A DNA stretch of 64,000 nt from NCBI RefSeq assembly GCF_039654945.1, contig NW_027361826.1:19344001-19408000 (forward strand), given 5' to 3'. How positions within the stretch are numbered: position 1 is the first letter of the stretch; each line of letters begins with the position of its first letter. The DNA is from Dendrobates tinctorius. Taxonomy: Eukaryota. The notes beneath the pieces are model-generated. The model saw only the letters and a list, made by a program, of their open reading frames with translations. It was not told the origin of the DNA and searched no databases. Below are positions 1 through 12,745 of the stretch, piece by piece. The translations under genes and the position numbers were made by a program.

Positions 1-203
1 AGCTGCATGATATGCGGCTGCTAGACAGGCTGAATACATGTGTGGAATGCCTGTTTGCTAGGGAATTCCCACATGTATTCAGCCTGTCTACAAGTCGCAA
101 ATCATGCAGATAAGACGACAAAAACTAAATCTCCGAGCACGCCAAAATACTTGGAGGACAGCCGAGCATGCCCGGGAAAACACGAGTATACTCCCTCATC
201 AAT
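1..203. mobile_element. Partial palindromic hAT-like MITE, cut by the window start
   Basis: Internal palindrome (ctgcatga..caggctgaatacatgtg / cacatgtattcagcctg..tcatgcag). Ends in ctcatcaata, resembling the ctcatcacta terminus of the copy at 972-1248. Confidence 0.5.
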
Positions 204-971
204 AAATGTAATGCAACCTGCGTGCAACTTATCTGCGATTTAACAATTTTTTTTTCTTTTGTTACTGCAAAAGCGCAGCTTTAATATAGTTGTGTGGCAG
301 CAAGTCACGGACATTGGTTGCACAACTTGTGTCAGAAATTCTGTCGCCCGACACATGTCGCCATGTAGCCCCATGAAGATAATCATTTACAACTTTGTTA
401 ATCTTCGTTCTGACTAATTATCGCCATTATTGCTCATCAACAGAAAAATGAATTTTGCGATCTCTGCCACGATACTAATTCATTCCTACCTTCGATGATG
501 CTACATTTCGTAGTAGCTAATTTACATATATTGAATATTGAAATCTTCCAAAACAAAAGACACTGCACAAAGTGATTGATTTTGACATTCTGTTGGAATG
601 GTCCAAAGCTCGGGGGCCGGGAAAAGCCACTGCTTGTTCTGGTGGTGAATGGGTTAATTATACCTAGATCATCCCTAGCAGTGTGGAATATTTCCATGTA
701 TAATAGTCTGGATTTCCGCCAATCTTTTGTGACCTTTCCTCTAATTCCATGTAATAACAGCCCTGGGAAGATGACGAGAGAGCTCCGCGCTAGCTCGTTC
801 TAGCACTTTTGGAAGATGACAGCTCACACTGGTAATCACATCGCATGTCCTTGTGACCTTCAAGCCACGGTCATCTGTAATGTAGACCACTGTATTTTGC
901 GTCACAGGCTGCTTGTACTACAGTGGATGTTGCAAGGAGCCCGGATACTGTGCACCTACTCTCCCCACCAC

Positions 972-1248
972 TAGCGATGAGCGAATGTGCTGGGATAAGG
1001 TGTTATCTGAGCATGCTCAGGTGCTGAGTGTCTTCACCCGTGCTCGAAAAATATGTATGAGTCCTTGCGGCTGCATGTCTCGCAGCGGTTCCACAGCCTC
1101 AACCCATGTAGGGATTGCATGTTTGTTAGGCAATCAATCCCTCGTGTTGCTGCTGTCAAATGGCCACGAGACATGCAGCCGCAGTGACCCGACCATAGTA
1201 TTCGAGCACGGTGAAGACAGATTATCCGAGCACGTTTGCTCATCACTA
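972..1248. mobile_element. hAT-like MITE with TAG...CTA termini
   Basis: Terminal inverted repeats (TIRs) tagcgatgagc / gctcatcacta, internal palindrome, and degenerate 8-bp flanking repeat cccaccac / gtcaccac. Confidence 0.65.
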
Positions 1249-2387
1249 GTCACCACTTTTAGAGCATGATTCATAATGCAGTGATTTTTCTCCTATGCAG
1301 TTCATATATTTTAATCCAGGGTTAATTTAGTGTGATATATGAAGGATATCTCAGCGCAGACGTATACCTATGCTTACAATTTTCACTTACAACGTTGTGG
1401 TGTGTTGTTCTGTCGTGCGGCGGGCATTCCTTTATAAGTACTAGCGCCCCCAAACATATATTTTTCTTCGATAATACCGAAGTGATGACGTGTTTCTATG
1501 ACACTTTTCCTCTGATTGTCCCACTCCTGTTTGTTTGACTTATAAATCATCATGAGATAAAATACTGACCAAATCCTGAAGGTGTGAACGTGGCCTATGC
1601 AAGTGAAATAGAAAATTACATTGTCAATCTCAGGATCTCAGGAGTGTACACAAACATGCATACTATAGTGCCTAATTCTTATGGAAACAACACAAAGGGT
1701 GCTACGTATGGCGACATTTACGGTAGATATTGCAGCATCATTAGAATTATTGGTGCAAAATAGATCACTGCTTTAATGTTGGATGAAGAGCACAGTGGGA
1801 AAACCACAGATTAAAGGGGCGTATTTATATTACAGTCTTCTGACAATGGGCAGCATTGGCTTCTGTCTGATCTGCTGCCAATGTGTACCTTCTGGCTGAT
1901 GGCGCCGGACTAACAGTAATGGGAAGGTAATCCAGCATTGGATGTTTCCCAGATTTGCAGGATTTCCAGACCTCTGGACGCAAATTGTAATATTTGCCAG
2001 TGAACGTGTAAGGCCGGTGTCACACTAGAGAGAAATACGGACGAGTAAGAGGCGCAAAAACCACGCATTGCACACGGACCAATGATTCTCTATGGGGCAG
2101 CTCCCATCAGCCGTATATTTCTCGGCCGTATTGTACGGGCTGAGACAATCGCAGCATACTGCGATTGTCAGCGTATTACGGGCAAAATACACCAATGCAA
2201 GTCTATGGGGGCGAGAAAACTACAGATTACACGCGGACCACATGTGTGACTTGCGAGAAATACGCACCGGTGTCCTTTACCAAAAGCCGGCAATTCATTT
2301 TGCGATACAGTAAAATCACACTGACAGGTTTAATAAAGAAGAGAAAGAATAGATATATACACATAGAATATATATATATATTATACA

Positions 2388-4015
2388 CAGTACAGACCAA
2401 AAGTTTGGACACACCTTCTCATTCAAAGAGTTTTCTTTATTTTCATGTCTATGAAAATTGTAGATTCACTCTGAAGGCATCAAAACTATGAATTAACACA
2501 TGTGGAATTACATAATTAGCAAAAAAGTGTGAAACTGAAGATATGTCTTATATTCTAAGTTCTTCAAAGTAGCCACCTTTTGCTTTGATTACTGCTTTGC
2601 ACACTCTTGGCATTCTCTTGATGAGCTTCAAGAGGTAGTTGCCGGAAATGATCATCCAACAGTCTTGAAGGAGATTCCCAGAGATGCTTAGCACTTGCTG
2701 GCCCTTTTGCCTTCACTCTGCGGTCCAGCTCACCCCAAACCATCTCGATTGGGTTCAGGTCTGGTAACTGTGGAGGCCAGGTCATCTGGCGTAGCACCCC
2801 TTTACTCTCCTTCTTGGCCAAATAGCCCTTACACAGACTGGAGGTGTGTTTGGGGTCATTGTCCTGTTGAAAAATAAATGATGGTCCAACTAAATGCAAA
2901 CCGGATGGAATAGCATGCCGCTGCAAGATGCTGTGGTAGCCATGCTGGTTCAGTATGCCTTCAATTTTGAATAAATCCCCAACAGTGTCACCAGCAAAGC
3001 ACCCCCACACCATCACACCTCCTCCTCCATGCTTCACAGTAGGAACCAGGCATGTAGAGTCCATCCGTTCACCTTTTCTGTCGCACAAAGACACGGTGGT
3101 TGGAACCAAAGATCTCAAATTTGGACTCATCAGACCAAAGCACAGATTTCCACTGGTCTAATGTCCATTCCTTGTGTTCTTTAGCCCAAACAAGTCTCTT
3201 CTGCTTGTTGCCTGTCCTTAGCAGTGGTTTCCTAGCAGCTATTTTACCATGAAGGCCTGCTGCACAAAGTCTCCTCTTAACAGTTGTTGTAGAGATGTGT
3301 CTGCTGCTACAACTCTGTGTGGCATTGACCTGGTCTCTATTCTGAGCTGCTGTTAACCTGCGATTTCTGAGGCTGGTGACTCGGATGAACTTATCCTCCA
3401 CAGCAGAGGTGACTCTTGGTCTTCCTTTCCTGGGGCGGTCCTCATGTGAGCCAGTTTGTTTGTAGTGCTTGATGGTTTTGCCACTGCACTTGGGGATACT
3501 TTCAAAGTTTTCCCAATTTTTTGGACTGACTAACCTTCATTTCTTAAAGTAATGATGGCCACTCGTTTTTCTTTATTTAGCTGCTTTTTTTCTTGCCATA
3601 ATACAAATTCTAACAGTCTATTCAGTAGGACTATCAGCTGTGTATACACCAGACTTCTGCACAACACAACTGATGGTCCCAGCCCCATTTAATAAGGCAA
3701 GAAATCCCACTTATTAAACCTGACAGGGAACACCTGTGAAGTGAAAACCATTTCCGGTGACTACCTCTTGAAGCTCATCAAGAGAATGCCAAGAGTGTGC
3801 AAAGCAGAAATCAAAGCAAAAGGTGGCTACTTTGAAGAACCTAGAATATAAGACACAGTATTTTCAGTTGTCTCACACTTTTTTGTTAATTATATAATTC
3901 CACATGTGTTAATTCATTGTTTTGATGCCTCCAGAGTGAATCTACAATTTTCATAGTCATGAAAATAAAGAAAACTCTTTGAATGAGAGGGTGTGTCCAA
4001 ACTTTTGGTTTGTAC

Positions 4016-4017
<2 letters not shown>
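2388..4017 (-). mobile_element. Tc1/mariner DNA transposon, DD38E (Intruder-type), with ~265-bp TIRs
   Basis: TIR cagtacagaccaaaagtttggacacacc at 2388-~2650 is inverted at ~3749-4017. The element sits in a TA/CA microsatellite and contains transposase fragments. Confidence 0.93.
2564..3599 (-). pseudogene. Frameshifted Tc1 transposase
   Basis: Motifs WSDESKF, VMVWGCF, FQQDNDPKH and WPPQLPDLNPIE are split across ORFs 3069-3401 and 2564-3130. Start ATG is near 3599. There are 38 residues between the second D and the E. Confidence 0.9.
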
Positions 4018-4056
<39 letters not shown>

Positions 4057-4058
<2 letters not shown>

Positions 4059-6796
4059 TCCCGGCTCTCACTGAAACCTGGATCCGGCAGTCAGATACTA
4101 CCGTTGCTGCTGCTCTTTCATACGGGGGGCTTCACTTCTCTCATACCCCAAGATCAGACAATAGAGCTGGTGGAGGCGTTGGTCTGCTCCTATCACCAAA
4201 ATGTACCTTTCAGGTTATCCCTCAAGTACCCTCACTTGTCTTCCCTTCTTTTGAGGTCCATGCCGTCAGACTCTACACCCCCTTCTCCATGCAAGTGGCG
4301 GTGGTGTATCGTTCTCCCGGCCCCTCCCATCAGTTCCTGGATCATTTTGCCACTTGGCTTCCACATTTTCTCTCCTGTGACATCCCTACCCTCATCATGG
4401 GAGATTTCAACATCCCCATTGCTCTTCCCCTCTCCCCATCTGCTACTCACCTTTTATCTCTAACCTCCTCATTTGGCCTTTCGCAGCTTACTAATTCTCC
4501 AACACATGAAGACGGAAACTCCCTCGACTTGGTCTTCTCTCGGCTTTGTGCAGTGGATGATTTTGCAAACTCCCCTCTCCCGCTCTCTGACCACAATCTT
4601 CTTTCATTCTCTATAAAGAACTGCCAGGCTGCTCAGGTCACCCCCACTGTCCATACTTATAGAAACATACAGGCCATTAACACCCAGAAACTTCTGAAGA
4701 ACTTGCAGTCTTCATTGGCCCCTATCTCCTCCCTCTCATGTCCTGATTCTGCATTGAAGCATTACAATGAAACACTTCAAAGTGCCCTGGATGAATTTGC
4801 ACCCCCTATAAATAGAACACCACAACACAGACGGCGACAACCCTGGCACACGGTGCAAACACGTTTCCTGCAGCGGTGCTCCAGGTGCGCCGAACGTCTG
4901 TGGAGAAAATCCAATCTACACGAAGATTTCATCCATTTTAAGTTTATGCTTAGAACATACAACACTGCCCTTCACCTCTCAAAACAAACCTATTTCAACA
5001 CCCTCATCACCTCACTGTCCAATAACCCGAAACGTCTCTTTGACACTTTTCATTCTCTACTCAATCCAAGAGTACAGGCCCCAACCACGGAGCTCCGAGC
5101 TGACGATCTGGCCAATTACTTCAAAGAAAAAATTGACCAGATCCGACAGGAAATTATCTCCCAATCACCTCATACCATGCACTGTCCTCCCTCCCCCACT
5201 GCATCTAACTCACTCTCTGATTTTGAACCAGTCACAGAAGAAGAAGTAAGCAGGCTCCTTGCATCTTCTCGCCCAACTACTTGCACCAGTGACCCAATTC
5301 CGTCACATCTCCTCCAGTCCCTTTCCCCTGCTGTCACCCCTCGCCTAACTAAAATATTTAACCTCTCTCTCTCTTCTGGTATTTTTCCCTCCTCTTTTAA
5401 GCATGCCATCATATATCCACTACTTAAAAAACCATCCCTCGACCAAAACTGTGCCGCTAACTATAGACCTGTCTCTAATCTTCCCTTCATCTCTAAACTC
5501 CTGGAACGCCTGGTCCACTCCCGTCTTATCCACTATCTCTCAAAAAACTCTCTTCTCGACCCTCTCCAATCCGGTTTCCGCTCTTTACACTCCACTGAAA
5601 CTGCCCTCACTAAAGTCTCTAATGATCTGCTAACAGCTAAATCAAATGGTCATTACTCCATGCTAATTCTCTTGGATCTCTCTGCAGCATTCGACACTGT
5701 GGATCATCAGCTCCTCCTCACTATGCTCCATTCCATTGGCCTCAAGGACACCGTTCTCTCCTGGTTCTCCTCCTATCTCTCCGACCGCTCCTTTACTGTT
5801 TCTTTTGCCGGTTCCTCCTCCTCTCACCTTCCCCTTACTGTTGGGGTTCCTCAAGGATCGGTTCTAGGCCCCCTCCTCTTCTCCTTGTACACTGCCCCTA
5901 TTGGTCAAACAATCAGTAGATTTGGTTTCCAGTACCATCTCTATGCTGATGACACCCAATTATACGCTTCTTCTCCTGACATCACGCCAGCCTTTCTAGA
6001 AAACACTGGCGATTGTCTAAACGCTGTGTCTAATATCATGTCCTCACTATATCTGAAACTGAACCTGTCAAAGACTGAACTCCTGGTGTTTCCTCCCACT
6101 ACTAATGTACCTATACCCGACATTGCTATTTCTGTGTGTGGTTCCACTATTACTCCCCAGCAACATGCCCGCTGTCTTGGGGTCATACTTGATTCCGAGC
6201 TTTCCTTTGCCCCCCACATTCGATCACTGGCTCGCTCTGGTCATCTGCACCTCAAAAACATTTCTAGAATTCGACCTTTTCTTACTTTTGACTCTGCAAA
6301 GACTCTTACTGTTTCTCTTATTCATTCTCGTCTCGACTATTGTAATTCTCTTTTAATAGGTCTCCCTCTTACCAAACTCTCCCCTCTCCAATCTGTCTTG
6401 AATGCTGCAGCCATGATCATATTCCTCACCAATCGTTACACCGATGCCTCTACCTTGTGCCAGTCATTACACTGGCTACCCATCCACTCCAGAATTCAGT
6501 ATAAACTTATTACCCTCACCCACAAAGCCCTCCATGGCTCAGCACCACCCTACATCTCCTCCCTTGTTTCAGTATACCACCCTACCCGCGCCCTCCGTTC
6601 TGCTGATGACCTGAGGTTAGTATCCTCAATAGTCAGAACCTCCCACTCCCGTCTCCAAGACTTTACACGTGCCGCGCCAATTCTTTGGAATGCACTTCCC
6701 AGGTCAATACGATTAGTCCCCAATCCCCACAATTTAAAGCGTGTTCTGAAAACGCATTTATTCAGACTGGCCTATCGCCTCAACACATTAACCTAA
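4057..6796 (+). CDS. L2 ORF2 (APE endonuclease + RT), N-terminally truncated but uninterrupted
   Basis: Motifs [46 protein letters not shown] and YADD. The start at 3983 in the ORF track is read-through from the Tc1 TIR and (TA)n. Confidence 0.85.
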
Positions 6797-7139
6797 CCTA
6801 TCCCTGTGTGGCAGAGCCAAAAGTTTTACCATAACCAGGTTCCCAGCATCATGTTCCCACATGCTTTATGCATCCATTAGCCCTCTGTGTCTGTACTGTT
6901 ACACACTTAACATTATGGCTGGTCCGTACAATCAGAGCAACTGTTACCACCCACCTTTCGTGTCTCCCTCTTTCCTCATAGACTGTAAGCTTGCGAGCAG
7001 GGCCCTCACTCCTCTTGTTATTTGTTATAATCTACTGTATGTGATTATTGTTATGCTGTAATGTCTATTGTCTACAAATCCCCTCTGAAATGTAAAGTGC
7101 TGCGGAATATGTCGGCGCTATAAAAATAAAATTTATTAT

Positions 7140-7143
<4 letters not shown>
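4057..7143 (+). mobile_element. 5'-truncated L2 (CR1/L2 group) non-LTR retrotransposon
   Basis: APE endonuclease and reverse transcriptase (RT) ORF, ~350-bp 3' UTR ending tgcggaatatgtcggcgctataaaaataaa(att)n, flanked by (TA)n on both sides. Confidence 0.92.

Positions 7144-7205
<62 letters not shown>
7143..7205. repeat. (TA)n microsatellite
   Basis: About 30 TA units. Confidence 0.95.
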
Positions 7206-7207
<2 letters not shown>

Positions 7208-8367
7208 CATAGAGTTCTGCATAGCAGAATAGCCGCTAATTCAATTGCCGGCTTCTGAAAATAATTCCAAAACCCGACATGAAATGACACATGGTTTACA
7301 TACAGTAAACCATTTCATGTCATTTATTTTTTATATGTCTTTGACTAATAATTAGATTAGGGTTTGTGTGTAAAATTTGGGACATCTAAGTTGTAAATAA
7401 AGGGGTTAATTCGTTGTATAAAAATGCGTGGGCTCCAGCGGTAATTTCGCAACCAGAGAGGGAAAGCCAGTGAGTGAGGGCAGATATTAATAGCCGTGAG
7501 AGGGACCATTGTTTTCGGCCTCATTTCCCCCTCCCTAAGACACCTATCCATTATTAACGCTAGACTATTAAACGGTTAAAAAAAACACAGACATTAAGAA
7601 TTCTTTTACTGAAATAAAGACACCAAGTTTTTGACCATATTTATTCCTCTGCTAATCCATAAATAAACCATGGACCTGTACCAAAAAAGCAACAATATCC
7701 TTACATCTCAGCTGGTCAGTCAGGTCCCCCGCTGCAATCCATTAGAAGGGGTTAACAGGTTTACAACGGGATCGGTGCTAATGCGACCAGCCCGCCATAA
7801 AATTAATTCATTCTGGCAGTGGTTATCTCTACGCAGCCTCCCCGGCTGGCCGGAGATGAACTAATGAGCGTGGGAAAGTTTCTGCATTTTTTTCCCACGC
7901 TCATCAGTTCACCTCAGGTCAGCCAGGGGACTCCGGGCAGCCTCACTGACGTCCCTGGCTGACCTGAATAGAAATCTATTAGGGCTGCAAAATCGGGCGG
8001 CAAAAACACGGTAAGTGTAAAAGCAGCATAAAGGAAGCAATGTCTCCATAAGGTACACTAGAGGTATAATAGTGTGTCCCTGCTAATTGACAAACACAGC
8101 CCAGAAGTTTACATACGGGCAAAGAAAGGGCACATGCTGGTAAGAGCACATGTTGGTAAGGAGATATGCTGGTAAGGCCTGCTTCACACTTCAGTTTTTT
8201 GACGTCAGTCAAAATCCGCCAATTTTTTTTTTAAAAATCGGATCCGCCAAAAAAGGGACGGTTCCTTTTTTTTTTTCCCCCATAGACTTACATTAGTGGC
8301 GGATCTTGACACTGACGGTCGTCCGTCCCACCCGTTTTTTGACGGATCCGTCAAAATGTTAGCGTCT

Positions 8368-9003
8368 CCCGGGCGGATGGGACGGACAATGCAACGTTTT
8401 TTTGCAGCGACGGTCTGCTATTTTGTAGTGCGCATGCCCGGCAGATTTCCCCTGCAGAGCATATTAACCCTAAATACTGTTCCAGGCGGATGGGACGGAC
8501 GATGCAACGTTTTTTTGCAGCGACGGTCTGCTATTTTGTAGTGCGCATGCCCGGCAGATTTCCCCTGCAGAGCATATTAACCCTAAATACTGTTCCGGGC
8601 GGATGGGACGGACGATGCAACGGTCTGCTATTTTGTAATGCGCATGCTCGGCAGATTTCCCCTGCAGAGCATATTAACCCTAAATACTGTTCCGGGCGGA
8701 TGGGACGGACGATGCAACGGTCTGCTATTTTGTAATGCGCATGCTCGGCAGATTTCCCCTGCAGAGCATATTAACCCTAAATACTGTTCCGGGCGGATGG
8801 GACGGACGATGCAACGGTCTGCTATTTTGTAATGCGCATGCTCGGCAGATTTCCCCTGCAGAGCATATTAACCCTAAATACTGTTCCGGGCGGATGGGAC
8901 GGACGATGCAACGTTTTTTTTTGCAGCGAAGGTCCGCTATTTTGTAGTGCGCATGCCCGGCAGATTTCCCCTCCAGAGCATATTAACCCTAAATACTGTT
9001 CTG
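8368..9003. repeat. Tandem repeat with 97-bp core unit (some units ~112-115 bp), about 6 copies
   Basis: Unit ccgggcggatgggacggacgatgcaac...cagagcatattaaccctaaatactgtt. Repeated ORF starts at 8638, 8735 and 8832 are spaced 97 bp apart. The array lies downstream of a taa|ggcctgcttcacac TIR-like end at ~8175. Confidence 0.9.
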
Positions 9004-11659
9004 GAAGCGCTGAAAAAAAAAACACAACATATCTCTCTCTCTCTTTCTCGTTTGTTTTTTTCTTTGTATTATGTTAGGTTGCTTTCTGTTTCATGTGTTT
9101 GTAACTGTGTATTTTTTAAATCTTCCCTGGGACAGATAAATTGGAGAATGCACCCCTCCAATTTATATTGTCTATCTAGGCAGTACTGTAGGGTTTGGGT
9201 GCATTATGGCTGCATAAAGTAATGCGTGTTAGTCAGTGTCACAGATTGTTACAGCCTAGAGTGTAAAGGAATGCTAGAGAATGTGGGGTTAAATATGCAC
9301 CGTGCAATCTGTCGCTATCTGCAGTGACCACTAGAGGGCGCATTCTAGCAAACTACATGTGTGATTGTTATAGATATGAATGGGTCCTGTGTTTACCATC
9401 ATTGACTGCTGAAATGATGGTTTTTCACCCCTTATTGTAATGTGTATGGCTTTGGGATTCTCTCGCCATATTAAAGCGGTTGTCTCCTTTACAAGATTAT
9501 TCCTCAGAGGCAGAAAAAGAAAACCCAAGTTGAGATCTTAATCACCCTTTTGGGGTCCGGCGCTGCTTCTCTCCGCAGCTCTGGTCTTTGTTGATCGGCT
9601 GCAGTGACGTCACATCGACAGCTCTTGCAGTCAATCACTGAGCTCAGCAGCTTGTGCCGTCTATGTCGTGTTGGGAATGTACTGTGTGAACACGGCTTAA
9701 TGGATACACGGCTGTATCTGTGAAAAACGGATGTCTGAATGAGTCCTTATGTAAAGTTTTACAGATGGGCACTAATCCTGGCATAGATCTTTTGTTGTAA
9801 GATCTTGTACTTTATTTTAGAGTAACTTAAAAACCGCACTGGCTTCCATTTATTATTTGCAGGTTTTTTTAGTTACTTTCTTTTTTATTGTGGAATTAGT
9901 TAATGTTTTTAGGTCCAAATTTATCAAAAATTGCACACAATGTTAATAAGTTCGGCGCAATGTCAAAAACAGGCTTTCTTCTTGTCTTGCACTGTTTTTC
10001 CAAATTTCGGCACCAAAAGTCACGCAAAATGTGCAGAAAGTTTGGCAAACTCAAAAATACACCCTGGGGGGGAGTTGCGCCAAATTTTGGACTAATTGAA
10101 AAATCACAATCAATGAATCAGACGATCGACGTGGACTTGCTAGACTCTGTCCACGAAGCGGAAAACTAAAAAACAAACAGGCAAACACATGTAAAATAGA
10201 CTTGGAAAAAAAAAAAATCGCAAATAAAATAATGAACTGGGGCGAAACAAATAAAGGTCAAAACACCGAAAAAATCAAGCGCAACGGAAATGATGAATCA
10301 GGGTCCTGTGTTTAACCACTGAAGCATAGAGGATGGGGAGTTCATGAAAACTTCAGCCCCCTGTGCCTTTAAAGTGAATTTTGGTGTGTTTTTCCTTATA
10401 GGCTTTTATATTGAACCTGATAAAATGGATCTTAAAAAAGGTGCAGAATCTCAGCATTTCTGCAGTACAAAATACATTAAAAAACTGCTGCTTAAAATCT
10501 GCACTAACTTAATAACTCGGCAAAAACGTAATAATCAGAACAGATTGCTGTTGCGAATTTTTTTTTTTGTTTTTTTTTGGCATTCCCGGGGCAGCGGCTT
10601 ACTTCTATATGACGGTAAATATGTTATTGGAGGTGATAGATGCCTTTTATATGTGTGAGCAGTGGAGAAGAGCAGAGACGTTTGGTTTTGATATGTGAAT
10701 TGCATCCATAAATAAGGAATAGAGGGAAAATAGTGATATCTTGGTGACCTTTAGTGGTGCGAGACTGGTTGTGGAACATTCTCCAGCTACTTACTTGCAA
10801 TACCTTAAAATGACCACTAGGTGGGGCCAGAACACCACTTATATATAATCGTATACCGCCAAACCTCTAAGTGATTTCTACCCAAAAGTTATTTTCCAAA
10901 TGCTAAAATAACATTGCATACACCACACCATGGTCATATAAATGATTTATGTTAATATTTTCCACCATAAATTGGGATTATTCTTTAAGGCATTTCATTT
11001 TTTTTTTTTTTTAGGAAAGAATTTAGAAAAAAAACACCCAAGCTGATTCAGATGACCTTGAGGGAATGGGGGATGAAATAATGATCTGATGGAGTGTTCG
11101 GTTTTTTATTTTCAGGACAAAACAGCGCATTCTAAAGTCCTACAGCCATAATGGTTGAGCTGTCTTCAGCCCAAAAAATACCAGTTCACTGCTGCAAGTG
11201 ATTGTGAACTTGTCGCATGGTGTTTTACTAGTTATTAAACCCTGTCGACTTTTTTTTTTTTTTTTTTAGATAGAAAGATGCACTCCGACAAGTTTTGCAA
11301 CTTTTTTTTGTAGCCGAAAACTGTCGTCATGGAGGGAATGATAATACTCCGCGGACAGATTAGCTTGAAGTCAGCAGCAAAAATTGAAACTCTACAAACC
11401 CCACTTGTTTATATGGCTGTGGCGGATTGCACAGAGGAAGGGGGTGTTGACTTCGATCACCTCGGGGGGAGGGGAGAGAAGGACCCAGCAGGGATCGGCT
11501 CTCTGGCACCACCACTTTCCCCAGGTCAGTCAGGGAACTGCACGAGGGGAATAAACACATAGTGTTTGACAAGTGTGACCAACTTGTTACTATTTAGGCT
11601 GCCTATGCGGCATCAGTAGTGAAAAGATATAATGTTAGAAATAATAAAAAAAATTAAAA

Positions 11660-11920
11660 ACAATCAAATCGTGATATTCTCACCTTTCGGTATCCCCCAC
11701 AGTGTTCCCAGGCCTCAGCGATGCTCCCGGCAAGTCCCGTTCCCAGCAATGCCTTGCGACAATGACCCGAGATGATGTAGCATCATGCGAGACCGCTACG
11801 TCATCACAGGTCATTGTCACAAGGCATCACTGGGAACGGGACTTGCCGGGAGCATTGCTGAGGCCTGGGAATGCTGCAGGGGACGCCGGAAGGTGAGAAT
11901 ATCATGATTTTTTATTTTGA
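11660..11920. repeat. Long imperfect palindrome inside a non-autonomous DNA transposon (~11598-12214)
   Basis: atattctcacctt...cccaggcctcagc.atgctcccggcaagtcccgttcccag is inverted as ctgggaacgggacttgccgggagcattgctgaggcctggg...aaggtgagaatat. Confidence 0.7.
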
Positions 11921-12300
11921 TTCTTTTTTTAACAGGGATATGGTACCCAGGGCCTGGAGGAGTATCTCCTCTCCTCCAGACCCTGGGTACCATCCGCACA
12001 TTTTCCGCTTACTTTGCGCATGGTGTGCACAGCCACATGCGGAAAGTAAGCAGAACAATGCATTCCTATGTGTGTGGAATCCCCGCGATTCCGCAAAAAG
12101 AATGAGCATGCTGCGTATTTTTCTGCGATGCGATTCCGCTACGCGTTTTTGCAGTGAAAAAACGCAGCAAAAACGCATGAAATCTGCGGTAATTCCGCAC
12201 GTGTGCACATAGCCTCAATGTATTAGGCCGATAGAAGAAGCTAAAAAAAATTAAACATGTGCATAGCAAGTTGTTTTGGCATTGCTGTTCATGGATCTGA

Positions 12301-12745
12301 TCAATACGATTAGTCCCCAATCCCCACAATTTAAAGCGTGTTCTGAAAACGCATTTATTCAGACTGGCCTATCGCCTCAACACATTAACCTAACCTATCC
12401 CTGTGTGGCAGAGCCAAAAGTTTTACCATAACCAGGTTCCCAGCATCATGTTCCCACATGCTTTATGCATCCATTAGCCCTCTGTGTCTGTACTGTTACA
12501 CACTTAACATTATGGCTGGTCCGTACAATCAGAGCAACTGTTACCACCCACCTTTCGTGTCTACCTCTTTCCTCATAGACTGTAAGCTTGCGAGCAGGGC
12601 CCTCATTCCTCTTGGTATTTGTTATAATCTACTGTATGTGATTATTGTTATGCTGTAATGTCTATTGTCTGTACAAATCCCCTCTGAAATGTAAAGTGCT
12701 GCGGAATATGTCGGCGCTATAAAAATAAAATTTATTATATTATTA
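12301..12745 (+). mobile_element. Short 3' fragment of the same L2 family as 4057-7143
   Basis: Nearly identical to 6704-7143, with only a few substitutions and one 2-bp indel. Ends in the same aataaa/(att)n tail. Confidence 0.93.

Noticed and set aside
770-840. Possible distal alternative PFKFB4 first exon (ATG ACA GCT CAC ACT G|gtaatc, phase 1)
   Set aside because: It is phase-compatible with exon 2 but very short, has a weak donor, and has no homology support. Transcript data would be needed.
3983-4056. ATG start for the 937-aa L2 ORF
   Set aside because: The N-terminus comes from the Tc1 TIR and (TA)n (YIYIYI). It is a chance in-frame fusion to a truncated endonuclease.
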